NCBI RefSeq assembly: GCF_009914755.1
Contig: NC_060927.1
Direction: 5' to 3' (one strand)
DNA from: the human T2T-CHM13v2.0 reference genome, Homo sapiens
DNA: 64,000 nucleotides
The notes under the pieces are model-generated. The model was not told where the DNA came from, did not search any database, and saw nothing but the letters and a program-made list of their open reading frames with translations. Positions 25,120 through 40,029 of the stretch are shown here, in pieces. Within the stretch, counting starts at the first letter, position 1. Each line of letters begins with the position of its first letter. A program made the position numbers and the translations under genes.

Positions 25120-27795
25120 GTAATTACCCGCCTCTTTCTGCCTAAGGGTATACACCTGCTGTTGTGGAGAAGTGGAGCTCAAATAGGGCATGCTAGTCTT
25201 GTTGAGGTGAGGAGACAAGGATAGGAGTTCTGCATTGCTGAACCAGCTTGAGTTTGCAGAGCAGAATACTAGGTGAGAGGGAGCTATGCCTTAGAAGAGA
25301 GGAAATGCCACAGAAGTCTGAGAATTCATACGGGCTTTTGGTCAAGGGGTTCTCTGTAATGCTTAGCAGATATAACTTGCTGCGAGGGTAAAAATGGGAC
25401 ATTGACTGTAGAGGAGTCAAGAAATACTGGGAGATATTAATGTTATAGACCCGCCGGAATGGACAGACCTTTCTGAGAAATGCAGACATTCACTTGAGAT
25501 TCTGGAAAGGCCACATGTTTCAAGTAAGTAATATGCCATAGAGTAAGCAAAGGGCACTAACCTAGAACTAAATTGAATACTAAAATAGATCCTCCTTAAT
25601 AAAGAACAAAACCAAGTCTGACAGGGGTAACAACAAATAGCACAAGTAATCTAATTACCTATAAAAATAAAATCCAGCACTATTTAAAGGAAGGAAACAT
25701 ATTCCAAACTCCTAACAGTGTGTCATAAATAATTCCCAGCATTGAATAAAAAATTACTAAACATGAGAGAAAGCAGGAAAATATGACCTGTAATTATTAG
25801 AGGGAGAGGATATAAATCATAAAGTAGTACAGCACTAAGAAGATTGTGATGATTTAAGAATGTATGCTGTAATTGCTACAGAAAAACTAAAATAAATAAT
25901 GAATGAATTAATATTTAGAATAGATTAAAAGCCAATAGAGGAATTAAAATGGAAGATATTTTTAAACTTGAATAACCAAATATAAGGCAGAAATAGAGAA
26001 AGAAAAGATCCAAAACAGAAAGATGTCTAAAAAAAAGCAAGATAATAGAAATAACCCAAACATACCAATAAATCTTATATCCATTAAATGTAAATTGACA
26101 AACCACTAAAATTAAAAAAAAAAAGATTAGTGGAGACATTAGGAAAGGAAGACTTAATTATACACTATCTACAAAAGACATTTTAAATATAAATTATCAG
26201 AGAGGTTGGATGTAAAATCATACTAAAAGATATACTATGCAAATAGTAAATATATAAAGGGCATGGCTATATTAATAGTGAAGTAGACTTAAAGGTAAGA
26301 GTATTACAAGCAATAAGAAGGGTAATATATAATGATAAAGGCTCATCAGGAAAACATAGGAATTCTAAATGCATATGCACTGAATATACCATATAAGAAA
26401 TAGAAGAAGAAATTAACCTGCAGAACTAAATGAAAGATACAAATTCCCTATCAAAATAGAAAATTTTAACACTCTCATCTTAAAAATTAGTAAAACAGAC
26501 GAAAACTCTGTAAGAATATAAATTATTGTAATGACAATATGAATCAAGTTTACTAATGTGTATTTTACAAATACTACACTCAACATAACAGAATACACAT
26601 TTTTTTTGAAGTCCACATAGAATATTCATTAAAATTAATTGTTTGAGTCTATTTTCTGTTTCTGTAACTGAATACCTGAGACTTGGAAATTTATAAAGAA
26701 AATAAATTTACTTCCTACTGTTCTGGAGGCTGGGAAGTCTGAGGTCAAGGGGCCACATCTGATGGGGGCATGCTTACAACATCATAACACGGCAGATTTC
26801 ATCACATGGCAAGAGGGCCAAGAGCATGCCAAACTGGCTTTTAAAATAGACCTACTCTCCTGATAACTAACCAGCTTCCATGATAACCCATTAATGTATT
26901 AATCCATGAATGAATTAACCCATTCGTGAGGGCAGAGCCATTATGACCCAAACACCTCTGAAAGCCCTCAGCTTTCAATACTGTGACATTTGGGATTTTC
27001 AATATAAGTTTCAGAAGGGACAAACATTCAAACCATAGCATAGATCATGTGTTGGCTATAAAATATGTATCAATGAATATCAAAAGATATAAATTTTACA
27101 GAGTATATTTTCTAATGATAAGAAAATTACATAAAAGTCAGTCACAATAAGAAACAATAAAAGCCCCACATATTTGGAAATTAAAAACAACACATAAATA
27201 ATCCATAGATAAAAGTAATTACAAGTGAAGTAGAAAGCATTTCAAACTGAGTTATAATCAAGATACAACATATCAAAACATATTGGGTACAATTAGATAG
27301 TGAATTAAACACTTTTTTGCATTACAAGAGCATGTTAATAAAGATGGGAAGTTTAAAACCAAAGATCTAAGTTTTCACCTTAAGAAGCTAGAAAAATAAA
27401 AACAAATTAATCCCAAAATACAGAGAAGAAAAACCAATAAAGAGCAGAAATTAATGAAACAGAACACAGACTGACAATGGAATAAATTAATAAAGCCAAC
27501 ACTGACTCTTATAATAGATTCAGAAAAAAAAGATATTCTCCCAACCAACTTTATTTTCATAAGGTTTTATTATTTTTATAATAGAGAAAATATCAATTAC
27601 CTATATCAGAACTGAAAGGGTGAATCCTATAAATCCTATAGAAAATAAAATTATAACAATGTACTATCATGAAAAATTATGTGCCTATTTATCTAACAAC
27701 ACAGCCCAAATGATCAAGTTTCTATAAAAACAATTCTTATGGAAATGAACACAAATAAGAAAAAATTATCATATCCCATATCTGTTAAAGAAATT
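25120..27795 (+). mobile_element. Old L1M element (5' region plus ORF2 endonuclease region), heavily decayed, interrupted by an MST LTR
   Basis: 'cattaaatgtaaattgac', 'acagaatacacattttt', 'cacatatttggaaattaaaaacaacac', 'ttcaccttaagaagctagaaaa'. Confidence 0.7.
26640..27040 (-). mobile_element. MST (MSTC-like) MaLR solo LTR
   Basis: 'tggaggctgggaagtctgaggtcaaggggcc', 'cccattaatgtattaatccatgaatg', ends 'caaacattcaaaccatagca'. Confidence 0.85.
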
Positions 27796-28302
27796 GTCAA
27801 GCAGGCATGAAGAACTTCTCCCACCAAGAGAGACCAGAATATTGAGTAGACTGGCATACTCTGGATAGATCTTCAGAGAGAATTTACTGAGCAGATAGAC
27901 AGACAACACAGGCATTGAGGCCGAAGGGGAAGGAAGCCGGAAACCCCACATGGGTTTGCTGAGTACCAGGACTTGTTCCCGTTCCTGAATGACTCCTAAG
28001 GAAGGGGTGTGTGAAATAAATGCACAGCAGCCCACTCTCAACATGGGTCACCAGGGTTCTAACTGCAGGAATGCACACAACCCCCATTGAGATTTGAGTT
28101 CACAGGGGGAACTGCCCAAGAAGTAGGCAGTGGCAGAGCTTGAATCTGTGGAGCCCAAGCAGTTTAGCATGGAAACAGCTGCAGTGGAACACAGCCATAG
28201 ATGCCCATTCCTAAATGTTCTCCATACTTTTGTAGGTAGCTTTAATCATCTTTATCTGACAGAACTGGAGAGAGTAGTGCAGGAAGAGGGCTTCCTGGAG
28301 AG

Positions 28303-28427
28303 CAGGAAGTCAAGCATTTTAGACTCACCCTGATCCCATAGGATCTTAAAGACCTTTAAGATCTTTAATCTTAAAGGTCTTTAAGATCCTATGGGATCAG
28401 GGTGAGTCTAAAATGCTTGACTTCCTG
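28303..28427. repeat. Perfect palindrome: 60-bp arms, 5-nt spacer
   Basis: 28303-28362 is the exact reverse complement of 28368-28427; spacer cttta. Confidence 0.97.
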
Positions 28428-29875
28428 TCTGCGGACCCCTCCCAGAGCTCCTGCCTGGGTACAATGGCTTGCAGTGCAGCCTCAGTGGCCCTGCCAGAGC
28501 ACTTTTATTGATGGCCCCCTGCCATAGCACATTCACCTGTGACATACCTGCTGCCCCACCAGAACATGTTCACTCACAACACTACTACCGCCCTTCAAAC
28601 TGCTTTCACCTGCAGGCTCCTGGCTGCCTCACCAGAGCACTTTCACCCATGACCCTGAGATTGCCCCTCTGGACTGCTTTCACCCACAGCCGCCTGCCAC
28701 CTGCAAGGATGCTTTTGTCCATGTCCCCAAACAAACCCACCAGAGTGGTTTTACCCTTGGCCTTCTCACCAAAGTGCTCTCACTTGCAGCTCCCAGTGGA
28801 ATATTGTTGCCAGTGGTCTGGGAGCACCTCAGCTCCCCAAGAACAGTCTGTGCTTGACCTCAAGGGGCCAGAGGACAAAGCCATGGGCCTGATCATAGAC
28901 CCCCAATGTTAGAGCATGCAGTCTAGGAGTGCTGAGTGAGCCTTGGCCCTTTGAAACCATCCAGAAATAAAGCCATTTGACTATACCCAGCTTGCACCAT
29001 AGTCGAACTCTCAAGGGCAATAAAGAACATAAAAATCAAGTCTCCTACAAGGGAAAGCAACTTCAAAGGAAAATGGAACATCAGCCCCCACAGATGAGAA
29101 AAAACCAGTGCAAGAAATCTGGCAACTCTAAAATCCAGAATGTCTTCTTATGTCCAAATAATCACACTAGCTCACCAGCAATGGTTCTTAATCAGATATA
29201 AATGGCTGAAATGTCAGAAATAGAATTCAGAATCTGGAGGTAAGGAATCTCACAGAGATATAAGAGAATGCTGAGCCCAATTCAAGGAAGACAGTAAAAT
29301 GATCCAAGAGTTCAAAGACGACATAGCCATTTTAAGAAAGAGCCAAAATGAAATTCTGGAAATAAAAAAACTCGCTACAGGAGTTTCATAATACAATCTG
29401 AAGCATTAACAAGAGAATAGACCAAGTTAGGAAAAGAATATCAGAGTTTGAAGACTGCTCCTTTGAAGCAACTTAGGTAGAAAAACATAAAAAAAAGAAT
29501 AAAACCTCTGAGAAACCTCTGTAAAGAGATATAACCTATGACTCTGCATTCCTGAAAGAGAAGGAGAGAGAGCAAGCAACTTGGAAAATGTATTTGAGCA
29601 TATAGTCCATGAATATTTTCTCCAACTAGCTAATGAGTTTGTCACGCAAATTCAAGAAATTCAGAGAATTCCTGTGAGATACTATACAAGACAGCCATCT
29701 CCAAGACACATAGTTAACAAATTCCTCAAAATAAAAAATCTTAAAGGCAGCTAGGAAGAAAGAACAGGACTTTCTGTACAAAGAAAACTATATCAGGTTA
29801 ACAGAGGAACTTTCATTAGAAGCCAGAAAAGATTGGAGGCATATTTTCAACATCCTTAAAGAAAAGAAATTTTAA

Positions 29876-30246
<371 letters not shown>

Positions 30247-32824
30247 CAATAAAATTCTTTTTAGACAAGCAAATACTAAGGGAATTCATTACAACTAGAC
30301 TTGCTTTAGGAGAGGTCTTAAAGGGAGTAATAAACATGGAAACAAAGGAACAATAACCACCACCACAAAACACCCTTAAATACTTAGCCAATGACAATAT
30401 AAAGCAACCGTACAATGAAATCTACATAGCAATCAGCGAATAATATGATCACAGGATTAAATACTCACATATCAATAATCACCTTGAATGTAAATGGGCT
30501 AAATGATCCACTTAATAGGCATAGAGTGGCAAGTTGGATAAAGAAGCAAGATCCAACTGCTATCTTCAGGTGATCCATATCACATGTAATGACAACCATA
30601 GGCTCAAAACAAAGGGATGAAGAAAGATCTATCAGGCAAATGAAATATAAAAAGGAGAAGGGGTTGCTATTCTTTTACAAGATAAAACAGACTTTAACCA
30701 ACAATGATAAAAAAGGAAGACATTACTTAATGAGGAAGGGGTCAATTCAACAAGAAGACTTAACTATTTTAAATATATATGCATCCAATGTTGGAGCACC
30801 CAGATTCATAACAAAAACTATTAGAGATATATGAAGATATTTAGATAACCACACAATAACAGTGGGAGACTTCAACAACCAACTGACAATGTTAGACAGA
30901 TCATTGAGGCAGAAAGCTAACAAAGATATTCTGCACTTAAATGCAACACTTGACCAATTGGACCTAACAGACATTTAGGAGAACACTCCAACCAATAAAA
31001 ACAGAACATACATTATTCTCATCTGCAAATGGCAAATACTCTAAAATTGGCTATATGCTCAGCTATAAATCAAGTCTCAACAAATTCAAAAAAATCCAAA
31101 TCATACCAACCACGCTCTTGGGCATTAGCATAATAAAAATAGAAATCAATACCAAGAAGATCTCTCAAAACCATACAATTATATGCAAGTTAAACAACCT
31201 GCTTCTGAATGACTTCGGGATAAGAATGAAATAAAGGTAGGAATCAAAAAATTATTTGAAACTAAGAAAAACAGACACAATATACCAGAATATTTGGAAC
31301 AGAGCTAAAGCAGTGTTAAGAGGAAAGTTTAAAGCAATAAGTGACTGTATCAAAAAGTTGGAAAGATCTCAAATTAATAATCTAATGTCACACCTAGAAG
31401 AACTAACAAAATAAGAGCCAACTAAACCCAAAGCTAACAGGAGAAAAATAATAACCAAAATCGGAGCTGAACTGAATGAAATTGAGACATGAAAATCTAT
31501 TAAAAAATCAATAAATCCAAAATTGGTTAATTGAAAGAATGAACAAGATTGGTAGACTGCTAGCTAGATTAATAAAGAAAAAAGAAAATCCAAATAAACA
31601 CAATCAGAAATGACTAAGGCAAAATTACAATGGACCACATAAAAATACAAAAAAATCCTCAGAGATTACTGTGCACACATCTATGTATACAAAGTAGAAA
31701 ACCTAGAAAAAATGGACAAATTTCTGGGAACAGACAGCTCCCAAAATTGAACAAGGAAGAAATTGAAATACTGAATGGATCAATAACAATTCCAAAATTG
31801 AATCAGTAGTAAAAAGCCTACCAACCAAAAAGAGCCCAGAACCAGATGAATGCACAGCCAAATTTCATCAAATGTACAAAGAGCTAGTACCAATCTTACT
31901 GAAATTATTCCAAAGAATTGAGGAGTAGGCACTCCTCCCTAATTTGTTATACAAATCAGCATCATTCTGACAATAAAGTGTAGCAGAGACACCACAAAAA
32001 AAGAAAACATCAAGCCAATATCCCTGATGAATATAGACACAAAATTTCTCAACAAAATGCTAGCAAATCAAATTTAGCAGTGCATCAAAAACTTAATTTG
32101 TCATTATCAAATAGGCTTTATTCCTGGGATGCAAGGTTGTTTCAATATATGCAAATCAATAAATGTAATTCACCACATAAACAGAATTAAAAACAAAAAC
32201 CATATGATTATCTCAACAGATGCATAAAAGGCTTTCAATAAAATTCAACATCTCTCTATGTTAAAAACTCTAAACAAATTAGTCATCAAAGGAACATACT
32301 TCAAAATAATAACAGCCATCTAAGACAAACCTATAGCCAACATGAACACATTGAATGGGCCAAAGCTGGAGCATTCCATTTGAGAACTAGAACAAGACAA
32401 AGATGCACACTCTTACCAATCTTATTCAAGATAGTACTAAAAGTCCTAGCCAGAGCATCAGCAAGAGAAAGAAATAAGGGCATCCAAATAAGAAAAGAGG
32501 AAGTTAAACTATCTCTCTTTGCAGATGACATGGTTCTACATGTAGATTTTCCCATAGGCTCCACCAAAAGGATCCTAGAACTGATAAACTACTTCAGTAA
32601 GGTTTCAGGATACAAAATCAATGTACAAAAATCAGTAGCATTTCTATACACCGATGGCATGCAAACTGAGAGCCAAATGAAGAATGCAATCCCATTCAAA
32701 ACAGCCACAAAATGAATAAAATACCTAGGATTACAGCTAACCAAGGAGGGGAAAAATCTCTACAATGAGAATTACACAACACTGCTGAAAGAAGTAAGAG
32801 AAATCATGAACAAATAAAAATATT

Positions 32825-33435
32825 TTTTGAAATGCAATATAGGTAACAAAAATACTGAAGACCTTTACAACAAAAACTATGGAACATCACAGCAAAAAAA
32901 TGAAAGCCTGAATTACTGTTCATCTTCATGAAGACTCAATATCATTAAGCTGCCAAACTGATTTATAGATTCACAGCAACCCCAAATCTAATTTCAATAT
33001 GATTTTTGATAGATATCAATCAACATTTCAATATTTACAATAAAACTACAGTATTTCAATATTTATACTACTGTAAATATTATAAAATCAATATTCACCA
33101 GATTTTTTTTTACATAGGCACCAAGGAAATTTAATGGATTCAACGGTCTTTTAACAAATGGTGCTAGAACAACTGTGTATTGGATAACCATGTAGTTAAA
33201 ATGAACTTCAACCTTCACATAATGTACAACACTGAATTTCAGACAGATCATGACTCCCTTGGCCCTGAGGGATAGGCAAAATTTATAGGAGAAGATAAAC
33301 AAAGCACTTACAAAAAATATATATGCTTCTTAGGCTTTATTAATTTTTAAAAATTAGTTTATTAACAGCTTTTGGGAAATGAAAACACGTATCATAAACT
33401 GGAAGAAAATATTCACAATAAATATATAAAATAAG
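32825..33435 (+). mobile_element. Old L1M ORF2 3' fragments
   Basis: 'gaagactcaatatcattaag', 'aaactgatttatagattcac', 'ttaacaaatggtgctagaacaactg'. Confidence 0.65.
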
Positions 33436-33850
33436 GGAAACTTTACCAAAACAAAGGTTTTCACGTTTTTGTTCTCAGAATCCTTTTATACTTTTAAAAA
33501 TTACTGAGAACCCCAAAGGTCTTTTGCTCATATGGGTTATATCTATTAATATTTCATGAATTCAAAATTAAAACTGAACAATTTTGAAAGTATTTATTTA
33601 ACAATTAAGTTAAAATAGCTTTAACAAATCCATTACATTTTAACAGAAATTACACATTAAAAACTATAAAAACTGTATTTCTCCAAACTGAAATGAATTT
33701 AGTGAGAAGAGAGTTTAGTTTTGCCTTTGGTAAATTCCCTAATTTCTGGTTTAATAAAAGATAACTGGTTTTTCATTATCTGCTTTTGCATTCAATCTGT
33801 TATGACACAATTTTGGTTGAAGTAAGCTGAAAAAAATTAGCCTCACACAT

Positions 33851-34543
<693 letters not shown>

Positions 34544-34648
34544 CACATATATGTGGTTGGAAAAAGGTGGAGGATTTTCAGCCTTCTTAGGTAAATATGA
34601 GTATTCTTTTTTGATACTCTAACACATTTTCAAAAGTGGTTATTTTGT

Positions 34649-34820
34649 AGCTAGGTGTGATGATGTACAACTGTAGTCACAGCTATTCAGGAGGCTGAGG
34701 CAGGAGGGTTGCTTCACCCAGGAGTTTGAGTTTGCAGTGACTTATGATTAGGCTACTACCCTCTATCCTACACAACAAAGCGAGATCCTTTAAAAAACAA
34801 AAAGAAGAAAAAAAAAAAGA
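34649..34820 (+). mobile_element. Alu right monomer (FRAM or truncated AluJ)
   Basis: 'ggaggctgaggcaggagggttgcttcacccaggagtttgag'; A-tail; TSD aaaagtggttatttt / aaaagtggtcatttc. Confidence 0.8.
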
Positions 34821-35143
34821 AAAAGTGGTCATTTCTTAAATGTTAGCTGTAATAAAGAATGTGAAATTATATTAGTGAACTTTTCATACTGTTTCATTAA
34901 AACTAATTTGTCTCTTTGGCATTTTAAAGGATTTTGTACTCAGGCATGATTTTATAACACAGCGCGCGCACACACACACGCACACACTGTACCAAGGAAA
35001 TGATAAACAGAAAAGACTGAGGCAATGTTAACATTAGAAAAAATTGATTTGAGGTAAGTAGGATAAAGGATACAATGAGAAATATTTCATCTTAATATTC
35101 AAGTTCCTAGCAACATATGTTTTATATTGAAAAAGCAAAAACT

Positions 35144-35144
<1 letters not shown>

Positions 35145-35179
<35 letters not shown>
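35145..35179. repeat. (TAA)11 microsatellite
   Basis: 11 perfect units at 35145-35177. Confidence 0.95.
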
Positions 35180-36827
35180 GAGACATTTCACATTCTTCTC
35201 TCAGAAGTTGGTAGGTAAGAAAAGAAAATATCAAGCAAAGGTGGAGAAAATTTGAACTTTTTGAAGTCTTATTTTATACTAAGAGTGGAAGGAACAAAGA
35301 AGGGATGAAGAAAGGAAAGAATTTGTGAATCCAATAAATATGGCCTGTTAATTGTTACCAATGTGCTTAAGAAATTAAAGGCATGTGATACGATATCATG
35401 TAAAGATGCAGAATAAAAGTTCACAAACAAAGAGCAGTAATCATAGTGGTCATGCCACTGACCATGATGCAAAAAAATAATAAACAGACATGAAAAGTAG
35501 AATTCTCAAGTACCCATTTATTGAAAGTTTAAAAGACCATCACCAGTGACATAAAATGTAGCAGAAGTAACCAGAAAGAAAATACTAGGCAAACTGCAAG
35601 AGTTTTAATGTAAATCATCCCTATGAGTTTTGTGTCTATGCTCTTGCAAAATGGAAATTATCTGCTCCTGTTTTATCTTTACAATGATTATTTTTAAATA
35701 TCTAAAAATTGAACACAAAACACTATATGCATGTCTCTTTCAGTGGCACCTGGCAATCACTTAAAAAAATAAAAGATTTTTGATTCATCATATTGAGAAT
35801 TCCACTAGGTAGATTCAGTTTAGGCATGAATTAGTTCAAGTTCTACAAATTATGTCCTCAATCTTTGTCTCTTCAGCTTTAAATTATCGTTTATATTGTG
35901 TGGTCTTTTCCCTCAAATATTGTCTTGGATATGTTGGCAAATGGTAGCTAACATTTCTAGATCACTATCCTATTAGTTTAGCAACTCTAGCAGAATGACA
36001 ATTTCTCTTTTCTAACAGCTCTAGCAGAAATTCCGAGTAAGAATCACAGCCCTAATATAATTTCCTACAATAACAAAATAAAGTGTTTTTAGAAAAAGTG
36101 GCGATATGATCATCTGAGATCTGATGAGAATATAATTGGTGGTTTTTAAAAATCATCATTTGGAAAGTTAGTTTTTACTGTGAGAATAGGAAATTCCATA
36201 TTTTAATGAAAGCCACAAGAGAAAACAACTGTGAAACTTTACTGAAGAGGCATAAAATAAGATTGAAATGAAATTTTACATATACATTATGAGCTGGTAA
36301 AATGCAAAATTATAAACATATCAATTCTGCCAAATTAATTATGTTTTAAATCTTAAAATAATGTTTAAAGATTTTTGGTATGGATATAACATTTATCTGC
36401 CAAAAAAGTAAAGGAAAAACTCAAGAAAATGTTCAGAATATTATAAGGATGGAATATTTGTACCTGCAAGGAAAAAAAGAATTATACTAAAGCTATAATA
36501 ATTAGTCCTATGTAATATTGGCATGAGAAAAAATGAGTAAATGTTAGAAGCCCAATAGAGAAAAACTCGTGAATAACTGGAAATGGTCTATGTGCTAAAT
36601 TTCACACTTTAAATTATTGAAATCAGAACAGATTCAAATACATTTGTCTATTAATACAATTGGCTAGTCTCTTGGGGGGAAATGTTAGATTTCTTTTTCT
36701 CACCATGTACACTGGACTTCTCATAGCAGCTATATCCTTGTAATTTCTTATATCTTCCTGTATATATATTCATATTTATAAAACCACACATTACTTTATC
36801 TTCATAAAAATGATTAAGAGCCAAACC

Positions 36828-37013
36828 GAAGGAAAGGAGGAAGGAAAAAATAAGAAGAAGCAGGGAATGAGGAAGGAAGGGAGGGAGGGAGGGAGGAAGG
36901 AAGGAAGGAAGGAAGGAAGGGAGGGAGGGAGGGAGGGAGGGAGGGAGGGAGGGAGGGAGGGAAAGAAGGAGGGCCGGAGGGAGGGAGGGAAAAGAACGGT
37001 AAGAAGGAAGAAA
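36828..37013. repeat. (GGAA)n/(GGGA)n purine tract
   Basis: Blocks of ggaa and ggga; explains ORF 36810..37043. Confidence 0.95.
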
Positions 37014-38339
37014 GGACAGTTCTGGACCAGAATGGAAGTTTGATTGGATGGTAAGGTTATAAGCTAATAGAATAGATAAAGTATAATTTTCATTCTCCTG
37101 CTACAAGCTTTGAAAATTGGAGAAAACAGAAAAAAGGTGATTTAGAATTTTATTATATTTAGAGAGGGAGAAGTTGATAATTAATTTGAGGTACCTCAAT
37201 TTCTTTTTCCTTTTTTTCCCTGATTTTAAGAGAGGAGTCCAGGTTTTACAATTTAACATCCAAAATAAAATTTTATACTCAAGAATTCTAGAAATTTTAT
37301 ATCCAAAATAATCCAATTTTTATAGTGCTTTAAATTTATAAGATTATAGAAGATAATCCTTTCTGGAGAAGATGGGTTTTTGAGTGAGAGTGAAAAAACA
37401 TATGATACACACACACACACACGCCCACACAAATACACAAATAATTGCTGTTTGCCAGTTTATCAACAATTAGAAAAGCAGAATTAACTTTAACTAGAAA
37501 TACATCTGTTTTCCAGAAGGAAGCACCCACAAATCCTTACTACCCACGTCCTTATTCTCCTTCTTATGCTGGTTTTCTGACTCTCATTGGCTTTCATAGT
37601 TGTCTCGACTTTTTAAATGTCCTGTTCTCATAAATATTATTTGCCCAGATCAGATGCCTGGAATTAGAGTCATTGGTAACCACGAGGATGAGTTTCCTGG
37701 GACCAACCTCCAATTTGGTAGAATTCTATTGAAATGCCAATCAAAGTTCCAGGCAGCAGGGGAAGAAGGCCTCCGTGGGGCATTTATATTCTGAAATGTA
37801 AATTATGGTTTTCCTTGACTTCCACTGCAATCGTTAAGGTGTCCTCCTCCTCCCTTTGTTCAGAAAACATTTTCAATGCAGCTGGGAGTGAACAGACAAA
37901 TCTGCACACAAGGAAAGTAAGACTATTAACCAACATTCTTAATGTTAAATTTTAATGTTCTCTCATATAGCCCATGTCAGCTTTTTAGTACTTTGAAAAA
38001 ATCATGGATTGGGGATAATATGATACATTCAAAATGGAATAATTTTTTACTATGAATTGTGCTTGTTAGAACTTAGGAATTATGACCAAGAAACTCATTC
38101 TAGCCTGTTTGAATTGTCTATCATCATAATTAATGAACACTTTATAAATACAAACAGATAATCTATTTTGTAATTCAAATCGTCACTTTAAATTATTTGT
38201 TTTCCTTTGAGAAATGTTTGAAATAATGAAGAAAAAAATGTTGCTTTTGAGAAAAATCAAAGTAATATATACTAATTCATTCACATACATAAAACACTGA
38301 TTTCCCTATTTATATATGCCTTTTGTATCTTTTCCCAAC

Positions 38340-39296
38340 TATGGTAGATTGAATTATTAGCCTCAATTCTTCAGCCCTCCCTGTAGATTCACCTTGTCTT
38401 GTAATATTGCAGTGTCTTTCACTAAAGGTAGAGTGTATTTCACCATTGTTTGATTTTGATCGATAGGATATTTGGAGAACTGATGTGAGCAAAGGCTCAA
38501 AATGAATGGTGTGCTTAAAAATGTGTAACAACTGGCTCTCCAGTTACTAAAGAGCTTGGTTTGAGAATCAGTTAAACAAGATGAGGAAGTTCCTGATTTC
38601 TCACATTTGATGATATTCATGGTATAAATACTTTCACCACGGCCAACTTCATGTTAACAATGAGACATTAGTAAATGTGGAGATGGAAAGAGATGCACAG
38701 TAACATATCATGTTATAATATCTCTACTGTATAGACATACTAGATGTAAATGACCTCAAGATCCCAGATTAAAATAATGTAGAAAATAATTAGGAAGTGG
38801 TGAGTTTTTAATGTTTATTATTTTCTTTTTTAATATAATGTGTTTATCTATACCTTTATGTAATTTAAATTTTAATAATGGCTGTGTTTAATAACCACCT
38901 CAGAAAATGCTGAACATTTAACAATCAGGTCTTACGAGTAAATAAAGCCAGCTGTGGCACATGCCTGCTGGAAATATACTTTTGAGGTTGTCCAGGCTCT
39001 TCTGCACCTCTGCCATTGCTCTGAGAAGAAGGTGCCCTGGCTATCCCACTGGTTCAAGGAAGATAAAGACACATGGAACAGTGTCTTTATCCCCCAGCTA
39101 ACTCAAAGGCCTCCAATTCAAAGAAGAGACAAGGTTGCTAAGTCTTGTCTTCATCAGTAGACTCACAGCTGCAACAGCTCCAGGAATGAAGGGGGGCTAT
39201 GTCTTTTCCTTCTTTTTTTTTTTTATTATACTTTAAGTTCTTGAGTTGGAAGGTAGTTCGTTACATAGCATCACTGTAGTAATAGATGACTAATAT
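38340..39296 (+). mobile_element. Old MLT1 (H/I-like) LTR split by MER63
   Basis: Start 'tggtagattgaattattagcctcaattcttc'; end 'gttcgttacatagcatcactgtagtaatagatgactaata'. Confidence 0.6.
38505..38970 (+). mobile_element. MER63B-like hAT-Blackjack element
   Basis: 'tggtgtgcttaaaaatgtgtaacaactggctctcc', 'aataattaggaagtggtgagttttt', 'aataatggctgtgtttaataacc'. Confidence 0.7.
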
Positions 39297-40029
39297 ATCA
39301 ACCTCTTCTTGAGAGGTAAAAAGCAATGACCATTTTTTTATTATTAAAAGGACCACTGAGATATTTATTATATTATTAACTGAGATTATTATTTAATTTT
39401 GTATTATAGATGGAATTTAATTTACAAAGATATAAAGGCATATACTGGATCATCTGTTTGATCAACCAATTAGCAGAGATTATCTCATAACTTCAATGAC
39501 TGTGTTTGATTGGCATTTGTGATTATTTTGATGCCAAGTGAATATTCACAGTAATAATATTTAACTATTAATGTATCAGTAAGCAAATATGACTGACATT
39601 AGTAGGGCATATTTTAATGTCAACTTGACCAAAGTCGCCTCAGGCTTATGACTATATTACATTACCAGTAATAATGATGTACTTTCTTTGCAGTAATAAA
39701 TAGCAATTGAAGATCTGTCCACAGAATGAAACTTTGTATTTTAAGTTCTTTAATAATGTAAGACATTGGTTTGACATCATAAAAAAAAGTAACAGAGGCA
39801 ATAGAAGTAATTTTATTGCAGTTGTCTAATGAAAAAGGAATAAAAGAGAATTTAGTGTGTGATGGTCTATTTGCAACAAGTGGAGTCCATTGTAATCAGT
39901 GGTGCCGGGGCGTAGGATATTGCGAGCATACTGGCCTCAAAATTACATATCCATTAGCAGGAAGTTCATAGTCACATCACAACTGACACATTTTGTTCCA
40001 GAAAAAATATCACTTCTTCAAACTCCTGC

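Noticed and set aside
28469-28912. 147-aa + strand ORF
   Set aside because: Inside the GC-richer L1 5'UTR, non-ATG start, no recognisable domain.
32380-32715. Reverse-transcriptase-like ORF (FADD motif)
   Set aside because: A fragment of dead L1 ORF2, not an independent RT system.
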